From an uncultured virus (IMG/VR IMGVR_UViG_3300036766_000780) (Duplodnaviria > Heunggongvirae > Uroviricota > Caudoviricetes), in IMG/VR virus record IMGVR_UViG_3300036766_000780: DNA of 64,000 nt; one strand, 5' to 3'. Below the pieces are notes generated by a model. The model was not told the origin of the DNA. It was given only the letters and a program-made list of their open reading frames with translations, and did no database searches. This document shows, in pieces, positions 20,015 through 30,623 of this stretch. Every line of letters begins with the position of its first letter. Position 1 is the first letter of the stretch. Both the position numbers and the translations under genes were made by a program.

Positions 20015-20440
20015 ATGAGACTAAGCGGAAGAGTTCTAAGGAACGTGTTAGACGTAAATCACTGGCAACAATCTAATCAGGCTTTTGTACAAGAAGGTCA
20101 AGAAAATACCATTTATGTTCAATTAATGGACGCAGATTTCAGTACGGCAAATGCCGAACGTTCTCCTGCTTTTATTGAGTTTCCCATTAGATATCTTTCT
20201 CAAGCAAGTGCTGTTTCCGTGTTTGCGAAGTTTGACGCTATTGATGATGAAGACGCTTTTGAGATTACCGGAACTAAGCCCTTTGCTGATGATAAATCTA
20301 TCTGGAAATTTGTGTTAGCTGATGATAAAACTCCTCGGTCCGGCAATTTAATAATTAGAATCGTTGAAGACGGAGTACAAAGAAGTTTTTTAATTAAAAA
20401 CGCCGTTGCGGTTGAGACGTTAAATATTGGGAGCTGTTAA
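20015..20440 (+). CDS. Putative structural protein
   Basis: Late motif at 19957; beta-rich. Confidence 0.6.
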   Translation: MRLSGRVLRNVLDVNHWQQSNQAFVQEGQENTIYVQLMDADFSTANAERSPAFIEFPIRYLSQASAVSVFAKFDAIDDEDAFEITGTKPFADDKSIWKFVLADDKTPRSGNLIIRIVEDGVQRSFLIKNAVAVETLNIGSC

Positions 20441-21255
20441 TGAGCGTTGACGAAACAAAAAAATTTGGTACGAAAGCTTATCCGATAGAGGCTAATTATA
20501 CTTCTTCTTTATTAACTAGAGTCGAGCCGATGCTAACTCCTGAATTATTAAAATCAAGATATTTGAAGGGAATTGATTTAAAAGATTTTACAGATGATGA
20601 ATTAAAAGATCAAATAATTTTATCAACAAATGAATTTGAATCATTGACAAATTTAACTGTGAAAAAAACTCAATACAAAGAAAGAATACCTTATGACTAC
20701 GCTTTGTATCGTGCATTTTTACATTTTAAAAGTAATCATAGACCAATATTAAGTTTGCAAAGTTTTGTAGTTGAAAGTTCTAACGGACAAGAAGTTTATA
20801 AACTACCGGCAGATTGGGTAGAAAGTGGTTTTTTTTTGAAGGGGCAAATTTCGCTACTTCCGATTTTGACTGTGTTCGGTACGAGCGGAGTAATAGCGAC
20901 AGCTTCCCCTAGTGGCGCATTAATATTTTTACAATCCCTTACAAATTTTAAGTGGCTCCCAAGTTTTTGGTCCGTAACCTATACGGCAGGATTATGTCAC
21001 GATGATAATAAATTACCTATTATTGTGAATGATGTAATCGGCATGGGGGCTGCAATTGATATTTTAAGTATTAAACAAAATCAAATTAAATATACATCGC
21101 AAGGAATTTCACAAGATGGGATTTCACAAAACAGTTCTTCCCCTGGAAGTCAGACTTTTCAAAAAAGAATAGAACAGCTTGAAAAAGACAAAGAAAGATT
21201 AATGAGAAAAATACGACAAATTTTCAATAGTCGTTATTATGTCTCAAATATATAG
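20440..21255 (+). CDS. Putative head-tail adaptor / head completion protein
   Basis: V.YTAG, SQGISQDGISQ and a terminal helix, as seen in adaptor proteins; genomic context. Confidence 0.55.
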   Translation: MSVDETKKFGTKAYPIEANYTSSLLTRVEPMLTPELLKSRYLKGIDLKDFTDDELKDQIILSTNEFESLTNLTVKKTQYKERIPYDYALYRAFLHFKSNHRPILSLQSFVVESSNGQEVYKLPADWVESGFFLKGQISLLPILTVFGTSGVIATASPSGALIFLQSLTNFKWLPSFWSVTYTAGLCHDDNKLPIIVNDVIGMGAAIDILSIKQNQIKYTSQGISQDGISQNSSSPGSQTFQKRIEQLEKDKERLMRKIRQIFNSRYYVSNI

Positions 21256-21293
21256 AATTTGACTTTTGTCAATATCTATGGTATTATCATAAT

Positions 21294-22031
21294 ATGTTTA
21301 TATATAAGATTACAAATAAAATTAACGAAAAGATCTATATAGGTCAAACAAAAATAAATCCTATAAAAAGATTTAAACAACATTGTTGTGCCAAAACCAT
21401 ATTTGGAAAAGAAATAAGATTGGTCGGAAAAGAAAATTTTTCTTTAGAAATAATTTGCGATAATATATTGGAAAAAGATATACACAATCTTGAAGTTGAT
21501 TATATAAAAAAATACGATTGTATTTATCCTAATGGATATAATCGAAATAAAGGCGGCGTTTATAATAAGGAAATGTGCCAAGAGGCTAGGGATGCCATAG
21601 GCAGAGCACATAAAGGGAAAAAATTATCTGAAAAACAAAGATTAATATTAAATTCCATTATGTCTGGCGAAAACAATCCCAATCGTAGAAAAGTTATTTG
21701 TTTGAACAATGGCAAAATATTCGATAGTCTGACCGAAGCGTCTATATGGTGTAACGATAAAAATATCAGTAATTGTGCTAAAATATCAATGTGCTGTAGT
21801 GGTAAAAAATATAGCTATAAGGGATATTTTTGGTCATATTTAGACAATATCGCAGAACCTGTAATAAAAACTAATCGTAAAAAAGTTAAATGTATTGAAT
21901 TAGATAGGGTATTTGAATCGGTTACGGAGGCGGCTGATTATTTAAAAGCCGATTTGAGTTATATCGCCAAATGTTGTAAAGATAAATCAAAAAAATGTAA
22001 AGGCTATACTTTTCAATATATTACAGATTAA
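21294..22031 (+). CDS. GIY-YIG homing endonuclease with NUMOD-type DNA-binding repeats
   Basis: FIYKITN..KIYIGQT...RFKQH, NGYN, two F.S.TEA...I.KCC repeats; own sigma70 promoter. Confidence 0.9.
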   Translation: MFIYKITNKINEKIYIGQTKINPIKRFKQHCCAKTIFGKEIRLVGKENFSLEIICDNILEKDIHNLEVDYIKKYDCIYPNGYNRNKGGVYNKEMCQEARDAIGRAHKGKKLSEKQRLILNSIMSGENNPNRRKVICLNNGKIFDSLTEASIWCNDKNISNCAKISMCCSGKKYSYKGYFWSYLDNIAEPVIKTNRKKVKCIELDRVFESVTEAADYLKADLSYIAKCCKDKSKKCKGYTFQYITD

Positions 22032-22086
22032 TCGCTGTCTGTCAACCTAAACTTGACAAATACCGTATAAAATGGTACAATATCTC

Positions 22087-23286
22087 ATGTATAAAAAAGT
22101 CTTAAAATCTATCCTTGCAAACCCTTTTAACGCTTTCCTATCTAAAATGGAGAAAGCTCCTCATTCTATCCATGACAAGCTTCCGCATGTAATATTTTCA
22201 GCAGAGAATCCTTCTCATCCTTCAAAATTTACCCTGACCCATGATGAGGCATTAAAAATGCTTCATAATAAGGGCTATAACGCCGAAGAAATGACAGGTC
22301 ATTACGGAAACGTTCCAGAAAAATCAATATTAGTTCATAATCCACCTAAACACACCATTAAGCATTTATTAAACCTAGCTCAGAAATTAGGTCAAGAAAC
22401 GGCTATAGTTTCTAACGGTCATTCTCATGAGCTTCATTATCTAAACGGCGATAAGGCTGGGAAGCATTATAAAGGCTCTGGGACATTATTCCATACTAGC
22501 ACAAATCCAGAAGATAACTATAGTCAATTGAATACCGGAGAAAAATTCTCTCATAATTTTGATTTCGATAACTTACATAAAAAATCAGATTTATTTAAAA
22601 ATAACGAACAGATAAAAAAATCAGAAGATGACGCTTCTTATTTAAAACTTTACAAAGCAGAAAAAACTCATGCGTTACAAAATGCAGGTCCAGAAACTAA
22701 ACTGATACATTATTCTCCAGAACAAGGTCTTAAAAGTATAGATCCAGAGCATCATGGAGTTAGAGGTATCGGCTCAGAAGCCAAACAGGGCGCACCGTCA
22801 CATAAGATGTCATTTCATTACGCAGAAGGTGTTAAGCCAGAGTCTGTGGTTACTTCTGGAGCAAAATCTAAATATGTTAGCTCTTTAGGTGATAAAAAAT
22901 TATACGACATAGGGCAAGATCCTATGGGATTTAGAAATAAAGCTAAAGAAAGAATGATGAAGCTTGCTCAAAATAGAGAAGTTAATAGAGGGATAGTCAG
23001 ACCGGATGATTTAAAAGATGCTTTTCATCAGGAGATAAAAACTGCTGGTTATCATGGTATATTTAATTCTGCATTAGATGACACTATGAGTCACGTAGTT
23101 GGAATGTTTATTCCGATGAAACCAGAAATAGAACATAAAATACATCCAAATGACTTTAAAATGACATCTACTATAAATCATCACGACGAAGACAGATCTT
23201 TAAGTAGAGCGAAAGATTTTGCTGATAAAACAGGTCATCATGATTTTAAATTCTTACATAATTTAAGTTCACAATTTAAGAAGTAA
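22087..23286 (+). CDS. Two-domain protein: DUF3293-like plus putative ADP-ribosyltransferase-like domain
   Basis: IFSAENP...GHYG..EKS...LGQE; LIHYS...IDP...GYHG. Start moved to MYKK because ATG 22072 lies inside the promoter. Confidence 0.55.
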   Translation: MYKKVLKSILANPFNAFLSKMEKAPHSIHDKLPHVIFSAENPSHPSKFTLTHDEALKMLHNKGYNAEEMTGHYGNVPEKSILVHNPPKHTIKHLLNLAQKLGQETAIVSNGHSHELHYLNGDKAGKHYKGSGTLFHTSTNPEDNYSQLNTGEKFSHNFDFDNLHKKSDLFKNNEQIKKSEDDASYLKLYKAEKTHALQNAGPETKLIHYSPEQGLKSIDPEHHGVRGIGSEAKQGAPSHKMSFHYAEGVKPESVVTSGAKSKYVSSLGDKKLYDIGQDPMGFRNKAKERMMKLAQNREVNRGIVRPDDLKDAFHQEIKTAGYHGIFNSALDDTMSHVVGMFIPMKPEIEHKIHPNDFKMTSTINHHDEDRSLSRAKDFADKTGHHDFKFLHNLSSQFKK

Positions 23287-23287
23287 T

Positions 23288-26200
23288 ATGGCAGTTTACA
23301 AGAAAATTCAAAAGAAATTACAAGACAATTCTGACAGATTAAAAAGCATTAAAAATGAAGAAGAGCTTTTGGATTATATTAATAATCCATCTTTTAATGA
23401 AAAAGATTATATAAATATAATGATGCGTAATCTCCCCTATAATTTTGACGAAAGAGATGACCGTGCCAACGAAATATTAACCAAAAGTAAATTCAATAAT
23501 CCTAAAGTGAATGGAGAAATATTAAATAAATTACAGGAAAAACCTGAGGATCATAATAGAGCGAGAAGAATTGTTAATCATGTTGCAAGTCTTTATAATT
23601 TATCTGATGAACAGCTAGATAATTTAGTTGGAAACGATGTTCCAGATAATCCATATAATACTTTAACCAGATCGGTTAGATCTGAGATAATAAAGAATCC
23701 TAACTTTAAAAAAGAACATTTAAAGAAGTATATAACTAAAAATCCAAATGAATTGCGTTATGCCATGGATAGTAAATTATGGGATGATAAACTAGAAAAT
23801 GATGTTTTATTAGACGAAAATATTACAAATAATTTAGATATAAATTCTTTTATAGATAGAAAAAGACATGAACGAAAAACAATCAGTTCAGTAGTTGCAA
23901 AGTCTTTGTTGGATAGAACAAACGCATCTAATGCCAACAAACAGTATACAGATTTTTTAATGGATTCTATCTCTCCTCAAGATAGGAAACTATTCATTGA
24001 TAAAAAATTAGGAATAGAGGGCGGTAAAAAAGAAGTAAAAGACGGTGATGAATGGGATAACTGGGAAAAAGGTAATGAACATGACAATAAACTATCTAAC
24101 TATCTAGCCGGATCTAAATACTTAACAGACGAACAGGCAGATCATATAAAAAGACACGGTGATTTAGCCACTAAGGTTGAGCTTTATGAAAATCCAAACG
24201 TAGACCCTAAACACGGCGCAGAGATGTTCCAGAAATGGAACGATGATGAATCTCACAAGGGTTATGATCAGGAAGAGTTTAATAATTACATGGGTAAAAA
24301 ACATGATATTTTAGACGAAGAAGAGGTTCCTGAAAACGTTGTAGAAGAGTTACAACAAGAAATTTATGATCATGTTAACTATTATGACGATGTAGCTAAT
24401 AGCTATTCAGAACAAGACTTTCTTAGAACAAACGAAGGAAATCGATTTTTACGAGATGTCTGGGATGAGGGATTAAAAGATGAAGATTACGAAGCTATCG
24501 GAGAGAAATTAAGTTCGCAAGGTGACTGGACTGCTAAAAATCCTGACTATGATCCAAAAAAAGCAAAAGAGGCGGCAGAAAATAATGAGGAATATGATGA
24601 GCCAGAAGAAATAGATTATAATAATAATGATAAATATAAAATAGAGGATCACCCAGATTTTGAGGCAAGAGAGCAAGACGTTATTCATGATTATATTAAT
24701 TCTCAAATAGAAGATGAAAAAATACCAGGAAATGAAAATCCACAGGACCATGATGATTTTTACGAAGCTTATAGTGAATCTCAAGGATATCAGGATGCTG
24801 TAAATCAAGTTGTTAATGACTATTTAGATCGAGCTAAACAAGACTGGAAAGAAAAAAATAAGAGTGAATTATTAGGTAAGGCTCATGAGGATGTTAGGCT
24901 TATTCCAGAACATCTAAAAGAACATATCCCGCAATATAAGCAATTAGAAGAAAAACAAAAAAAGAAGATAATGGAGGGAGGTCATTCTGGATTTCTAGAT
25001 CAATCTATTGAGAATAGAACTCATGAGCATGAATACGGCGAAGATCAACATCTTTATGAGATGGCTAAGGATTATGCCGATGCTAACGGCGGATCTATTG
25101 ACGTGGGCACTATGCACAAACTTTTTCCTAACCAGAAAGACAAGTGGAAGAAGATATTCGGAGATGAGGGCAAGTTATCCTCTAACGACATACAAGAAAA
25201 AATTAACGCAATTCCAAAAACTAAATATGACACGTCTTACGGAAAATGGGATGAAGGTCAGATGCAGAATTTAAACAAACAGAATCAGGTTATATTTAAA
25301 CTGGATCATTCTCCTGAAAGTTTAAAGCCGTTGTTAGAAGATAAGGAACTATACGATACGTTTAAAAAAGTACAAGACGTTAGTAAAAGAAGCGGACACC
25401 CAACTAGAGATCAAACTATAGGATGGGCTAGGGTTGACACTTCAGATCCTAAGCATTGGATGGTTGATGAGCTTCAGTCTGATTTCGGTTCAGCGGCTAG
25501 AGATTATTTAAAAAGAGAAGGAGCTGGGGATAAAGCCGATCATATACAAAAAATTATTGATTATCATAAGAACTGGAGAGAGGCGTTACTAAATAAGGTA
25601 ATAAAAGAAGCTAAAAAACATGGCGCAGAAAAGGTGTCAACTCATACCCCAGAAAGCAAGGCTCAACATACTGGAGCCAAACACGAACATTCGGGTTATA
25701 ACGATAGCTATAAAAAAGTACCAAGAGCCATGGGATTCAGACCTTCCAAGGGTGAAGATCTTCCTTTGAGTGAAAGAGGTAAACAGACTTTGACTATGAA
25801 AGCCGAAAATCCAGGAGATAAGGCAAGTAAGCATACTGATGCGGCTATTTGGCATAATAAAATGGCTCATCTTTATAGGGACCAGGAAGGTTGGTCTGGA
25901 AACGCACCCGATCCAGATGCTGCTCTTGAGGCTCATCATAATAAAATGACGAATTTACACATGGAAGAACATGATAAATTAGATCCTTCTAATAAAGATT
26001 TGGTTAAATTAGATGTTTCCGATTCTGATGATCTTAAAACAACTGCTAAATCTGCTCAAGAACAAAAAAAACCAGCTTCTCATGAACACGACTCTGCTAT
26101 CGGCAAACCCTTAAGACAAGCATCTATAGCTCCAGGTCATACTTTTGACGTTAGTCCTAAATTTTTAAAGAAATCTATAGCTTATGTTTATTCTGAGATG

Positions 26201-29200
26201 TTGGAAGATTTAATTAAAAGTGAACACGATTATAAAATATCTCACAATATGAAAGATGGCGTTCTTCACGTAAAAGCTCATAACAATGGTGAAGAAGTAG
26301 GTCATGCTAAATTTTCTACAGATAAAGTTAAAGATAAATATTTAAAAGAAAACAGAGAAACATTTAAAGTTAAAGGAACTATGCCAGAACATGTCCATGT
26401 TGATAAAGAACATAGACAAAAAGGCGTTGCTACTAAGATGTACAACCACGCCGAAAAAGTTGTTGGTCATAAATTAACTAAACCTCCTAAAGAGCATCAA
26501 ACAAAAGATGCTGAAGATTTCTGGGGACATAGAGTTAAAAAGAACTTATTTGAAGTTACTAATATATCTAAAGCTGAACTTTTATCTACAGAAGACGTGA
26601 ATCCCTTAATGAATAGGATGGAAGATAAGTATTTTGTTAAAAGATCTAAGTTAGCTATATTATTATCGGAACTTAAGGATAGACTCGCTCAGGGTGATTC
26701 TGACACATCAGTTAGATATAATAAGAATAGAACCATATATATGGACAACAAAGACATGGATTCTTTCAAAGATAACATGGACGAGATTAAACCTAGGTTC
26801 AAGGTAAGAATAAGACAATACGCTCCAAACATGGAAAAATGGGAAGACGTAGCCTATCTTGAGTTAAAAGTTAAGATGGAAGATGGAATGACCAAGAAGA
26901 TAAGAGTTAGGATAAAAGAAGAAATGATAGACGACATCGCTATCCACGGTAAGGAACTAATCGTTACTAATGAATTAATAGATATTAACAGAGACATACA
27001 AAAAGACGAGTTATGGAGAAAGGCTGCTTTTATAAATTCAGTAATTTCTAAATACGGATTTAAAAAACAATTAGAGGTTCAGTATGAGCGCAGAGCTTAT
27101 TCTGACAACGAGATTAGGATAACTGTAGACGATAAGTTAGAATATATGGATACTAGGGAGATTGATCGAGACGTAATGAAATCCATAACCGATTCGAGTA
27201 AATGGAAGAAGATGTCCGCTAATATTAAAAGAATAGAAGTTAAAGATTATGTAATAGTTGAGGTTAAGCACGAAGGAACCAAAGATAAGTGGGTAGATGA
27301 ATTATTAGATAAGGTTAACGCCAAATCTGTAAGATTTTCTAAATATTGCGGAGCTTTGATCACTTTCATAACAAGCGGAAAATCAGAAGGATTTGTTAGT
27401 AGAGTTCATAAAATTGATTCTGACACTATAAAATCAATGATGGACGGAACTATGTTAAAATCAGAATTAATTAAAACAGAATTATCTTTTGAACGAGAAA
27501 GCGAAATAATTAAAGAAAATAAGAAAAAGCCAGAAGCTCATCGACGACATAAATTCAAAGCAGCAAAATGGACTCATCCTAATGGACATCCTAGATGTAA
27601 AATTTGCGGAGATGAAGAAAGAACTGGTGGAATTTGCGGACCTATTGAAAAGTCACTAGATATGTTTAGTAAAAGCATATTTGATTGTATTGATTTAAAG
27701 AAAGGGGCTATGAAAAGATTATATCCCTTTAATCCAAATAAAGATATATCGGAAGAAGAAAGAGAATCGGTGGAAACTTGGGTCGGAGGTTATGCAAAAG
27801 GAAATCCTGATGAGATTAGACAAAAAATTCCCCAAAGTAAAAAAAATCCTCTTCAAAGAGGTTTGAATAAATTACATGGACTTACTGACATAAAAAAAGA
27901 TCCTAAAACTGGCAAAAGAATGTTTTTACTACATAGAGGAGCTTCTCCTTTTGAGAATGATTCGGTTAAATTTAAAGGAAGTCATTCTAAATTATCTTCT
28001 TGGACTCCTGATTTAAAATCAGCTCAGGAATTCTATACTAGCTCAGGGGCTAATAGAGAAGATGTAAGAGATTATGAAGAAGATCATGGGCGAAAATTAA
28101 ATCCAAACCCCGGTGTATTATCTGCATGGATTCCAGAAGATCAAATTCATTATATACCTAATACTATAGGATCAAAATCTAAGGATGTAGATCAGAATTA
28201 TTGGGATAAGGATTCCTTACCTAAAGAGCCACTGAGAAGAGAGGAGCATGAGATTATAGTAAAACCGCATAAATTAATATTTGCTAAATCAGGATCTTTT
28301 GAACATTTGCAAGAGAAACCTAATCGAGAGCAAACTTTACATAAGAAAATAACTTCTAAAATGTCTCCAGCTAAACAATTTTTAGAAGATAAAGATAAGG
28401 CATTTGATAAAAGCATATTTGATTGTATTGATTTAAAGAAAGGTAGTTTACAATCTAGGTTAGGAAGTCCATTAAAATCAATACCGGAAAAAGAACAGAA
28501 AAATGTTGAACAATGGACCGGAGGCGTAACACCAGGAATTATAGAAAATTTACCTAAAATGTCTAAAGAAAATATGACCAGGGCTTTAAATAAATTACAT
28601 GGTAGAACTGAAGTTAAAAAACATCCAGAAACAGGCGAAAGAATGTTTTTATTACATAGAGGAATGGGTCCGGCAAAACCTGGACAAATCCCTGAATCAG
28701 CGTCTCCCTATTCAGAACGTTCATCCTGGACTCCAGATTATGGAACTGCGAAATCATTTTCCACTCTATTTAATGATCCCGAAGATAGCGATGAAGAAAA
28801 TGAAGATTTAAATGGACATATATATTCAGCCTGGATACCGGAATCTAAAATAAGATATTTTGTACCTCTAGCTGCCAATAAGAAAACGATAGGATCTCAT
28901 AACATAAATGAAAGTGAAGTAATAGTAGAACCGCATAAATTAATGTTGGCAAATCCCGTTTCATTAACCTCCAAACAGGCGGTTAATAAAAGAATCAGCG
29001 AAAGAAAGCATATATCAAACATATCCAGTTCTCCAGAAAGCAAAAGAGCTAATCTAAATAGCTTTAATCGTGCATATAAAAAACAAAAAACCTCAGACGA
29101 TATGCGTTCTCCAGCTAAAGAATTTTTGGAAGATAGAGATAAGGCATTTGATAAAAGCATATTTGATAGCATTAATTTAAGAAAAATAGAAGATCTAAAT

Positions 29201-29959
29201 AAAAAAAATAATGATTTTAAAAATATTGCTAGCGATTATGCTAAATCAAAAAATCTGGCTCTTTCTCAAAATCCATCAAATGTTGAATTAAATCCTAGTC
29301 ATGGTAGAGAAATAGCTAACGCATACGAATCAATGCAACATAATCCTAGTGATCCGCATGTTAAAAAATCATATAATGCTTTAATAAAAGAAACAGGAGA
29401 TCAATTTAATCATCTTTTGAAGAATGGATTGAAAGTTTCTAAAATGAAGCCTGACATGGGAAATCCATATAAAAATTCTAAAGATTTAATAAAAGATTTA
29501 AAAGAAAATAATCACATGTGGTATTATCCTACAGAACTAGGTTTCGGAACTAATAATCAACCAAAAGATCATCCTATGTTACAAGAAACGGAATTTACTC
29601 ATGAAGGAAAAAAAATGCCAGCTAATGATGTTTTTAGGGTAGTTCACGATGCCGTACATGCTATTCATGGAAGTACTTTTGGACCTAAAGGGGAACATCA
29701 AACATATTTAACACATAAGCAATTATATAGTCCAGAAGCTCAAGGAGCATTAGCTACAGAAACCATGGGTCAAAATAATTGGGTAAACTGGTCCAAAAAA
29801 TACGGAGAACATAATCGTAAAAATCCTTCTAATACTGTTTTTGCAGAACAAAAAGCTGGTTTATTACCTAACCACATACTTTCTAGAGAATGGCATAAAT
29901 CACAAAATGTTGAATCTAAATCTCCAGCTAAACAATTTTTAGAAGGTAAAGATAGATAA
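23288..29959 (+). CDS. Large polyvalent effector protein (acidic region, GNAT-like, GNAT, VTC, Zn finger, two ART-like, zincin-like domains)
   Basis: VDKEHRQKGVA (GNAT); EDKY..KVRIRQY..LELK..YERRAY..RITVD..EVK..FSKY (VTC); two LLHRG..SSWTPD..ExEhhV units; FRVVHD..FGPKGE..ETMGQN. Confidence 0.8.
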   Translation: MAVYKKIQKKLQDNSDRLKSIKNEEELLDYINNPSFNEKDYINIMMRNLPYNFDERDDRANEILTKSKFNNPKVNGEILNKLQEKPEDHNRARRIVNHVASLYNLSDEQLDNLVGNDVPDNPYNTLTRSVRSEIIKNPNFKKEHLKKYITKNPNELRYAMDSKLWDDKLENDVLLDENITNNLDINSFIDRKRHERKTISSVVAKSLLDRTNASNANKQYTDFLMDSISPQDRKLFIDKKLGIEGGKKEVKDGDEWDNWEKGNEHDNKLSNYLAGSKYLTDEQADHIKRHGDLATKVELYENPNVDPKHGAEMFQKWNDDESHKGYDQEEFNNYMGKKHDILDEEEVPENVVEELQQEIYDHVNYYDDVANSYSEQDFLRTNEGNRFLRDVWDEGLKDEDYEAIGEKLSSQGDWTAKNPDYDPKKAKEAAENNEEYDEPEEIDYNNNDKYKIEDHPDFEAREQDVIHDYINSQIEDEKIPGNENPQDHDDFYEAYSESQGYQDAVNQVVNDYLDRAKQDWKEKNKSELLGKAHEDVRLIPEHLKEHIPQYKQLEEKQKKKIMEGGHSGFLDQSIENRTHEHEYGEDQHLYEMAKDYADANGGSIDVGTMHKLFPNQKDKWKKIFGDEGKLSSNDIQEKINAIPKTKYDTSYGKWDEGQMQNLNKQNQVIFKLDHSPESLKPLLEDKELYDTFKKVQDVSKRSGHPTRDQTIGWARVDTSDPKHWMVDELQSDFGSAARDYLKREGAGDKADHIQKIIDYHKNWREALLNKVIKEAKKHGAEKVSTHTPESKAQHTGAKHEHSGYNDSYKKVPRAMGFRPSKGEDLPLSERGKQTLTMKAENPGDKASKHTDAAIWHNKMAHLYRDQEGWSGNAPDPDAALEAHHNKMTNLHMEEHDKLDPSNKDLVKLDVSDSDDLKTTAKSAQEQKKPASHEHDSAIGKPLRQASIAPGHTFDVSPKFLKKSIAYVYSEMLEDLIKSEHDYKISHNMKDGVLHVKAHNNGEEVGHAKFSTDKVKDKYLKENRETFKVKGTMPEHVHVDKEHRQKGVATKMYNHAEKVVGHKLTKPPKEHQTKDAEDFWGHRVKKNLFEVTNISKAELLSTEDVNPLMNRMEDKYFVKRSKLAILLSELKDRLAQGDSDTSVRYNKNRTIYMDNKDMDSFKDNMDEIKPRFKVRIRQYAPNMEKWEDVAYLELKVKMEDGMTKKIRVRIKEEMIDDIAIHGKELIVTNELIDINRDIQKDELWRKAAFINSVISKYGFKKQLEVQYERRAYSDNEIRITVDDKLEYMDTREIDRDVMKSITDSSKWKKMSANIKRIEVKDYVIVEVKHEGTKDKWVDELLDKVNAKSVRFSKYCGALITFITSGKSEGFVSRVHKIDSDTIKSMMDGTMLKSELIKTELSFERESEIIKENKKKPEAHRRHKFKAAKWTHPNGHPRCKICGDEERTGGICGPIEKSLDMFSKSIFDCIDLKKGAMKRLYPFNPNKDISEEERESVETWVGGYAKGNPDEIRQKIPQSKKNPLQRGLNKLHGLTDIKKDPKTGKRMFLLHRGASPFENDSVKFKGSHSKLSSWTPDLKSAQEFYTSSGANREDVRDYEEDHGRKLNPNPGVLSAWIPEDQIHYIPNTIGSKSKDVDQNYWDKDSLPKEPLRREEHEIIVKPHKLIFAKSGSFEHLQEKPNREQTLHKKITSKMSPAKQFLEDKDKAFDKSIFDCIDLKKGSLQSRLGSPLKSIPEKEQKNVEQWTGGVTPGIIENLPKMSKENMTRALNKLHGRTEVKKHPETGERMFLLHRGMGPAKPGQIPESASPYSERSSWTPDYGTAKSFSTLFNDPEDSDEENEDLNGHIYSAWIPESKIRYFVPLAANKKTIGSHNINESEVIVEPHKLMLANPVSLTSKQAVNKRISERKHISNISSSPESKRANLNSFNRAYKKQKTSDDMRSPAKEFLEDRDKAFDKSIFDSINLRKIEDLNKKNNDFKNIASDYAKSKNLALSQNPSNVELNPSHGREIANAYESMQHNPSDPHVKKSYNALIKETGDQFNHLLKNGLKVSKMKPDMGNPYKNSKDLIKDLKENNHMWYYPTELGFGTNNQPKDHPMLQETEFTHEGKKMPANDVFRVVHDAVHAIHGSTFGPKGEHQTYLTHKQLYSPEAQGALATETMGQNNWVNWSKKYGEHNRKNPSNTVFAEQKAGLLPNHILSREWHKSQNVESKSPAKQFLEGKDR
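27670..29954 (+). repeat. Dispersed direct repeats at domain borders of the polyvalent gene
   Basis: Identical 36-mer at 27670-27705 and 28408-28443; TCTCCAGCTAAA-type repeat at 28364, 29108 and 29921. Confidence 0.9.
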
Positions 29960-30027
29960 GTAATTGATTTTACTATATAACTTGACTTTTATAGGTAAAA
30001 ATGTTATAATACAGGTAGGAGGGATAT

Positions 30028-30570
30028 ATGAAATCCTTAATACTTTTGTTTTTTATGACTTTTACTCTTAATTCAATAGCTATGGATTGCTCTAAGCATC
30101 CGATCTATTGTAAAATTAAGACTTTAAATCCTAAGATGGATAATACGACGGCTAATCAGTTTAGTAACTTAATAGCCAAATACTCTAGAAAATATCGTCA
30201 AGATCCTTATAGAGCTATTGCTATAGCAATGCAAGAATCGGGGTTAAGGAATGTTAACAAAGCCAGTAATGGATTGATTCTGGAAAATATCTGTGATAGT
30301 GATGGAGTTTGTGAGGAAAAGTTTAGAGAAAGTATTATTTATACGGATATAGGTATATTTCAATTTCATGTCGATACCATAAGGAATTATAATATTGACG
30401 TTAATCTTTTAATTAGTAATATGGAATATGCAGTGGAACAATATTTTAAATTAATGACTAAGAAAGTAAAAATGTGTAAAGATCTTGGAGAAGATGCTTA
30501 TCTTTGTTACCATAGTAAAACAAAAGAAGAAAGAGACAAGTATAAGGTATTGGTTGAGAGATATTTATGA
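30028..30570 (+). CDS. Exported SLT-like lytic transglycosylase
   Basis: Signal peptide; IAMQESG catalytic Glu; GIFQ and YHS motifs; TTGACT...TGTTATAAT promoter. Confidence 0.78.
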   Translation: MKSLILLFFMTFTLNSIAMDCSKHPIYCKIKTLNPKMDNTTANQFSNLIAKYSRKYRQDPYRAIAIAMQESGLRNVNKASNGLILENICDSDGVCEEKFRESIIYTDIGIFQFHVDTIRNYNIDVNLLISNMEYAVEQYFKLMTKKVKMCKDLGEDAYLCYHSKTKEERDKYKVLVERYL

Positions 30571-30623
30571 TATGCCATAAAGCAGTTAGATAAAGAATTA
30601 ATCTTATTTTATAGGGTAAATAA

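Noticed and set aside
27670..29954. Diversity-generating retroelement template/variable repeat pair
   Set aside because: The repeats are short, one pair is identical, and no reverse transcriptase is present in the window.
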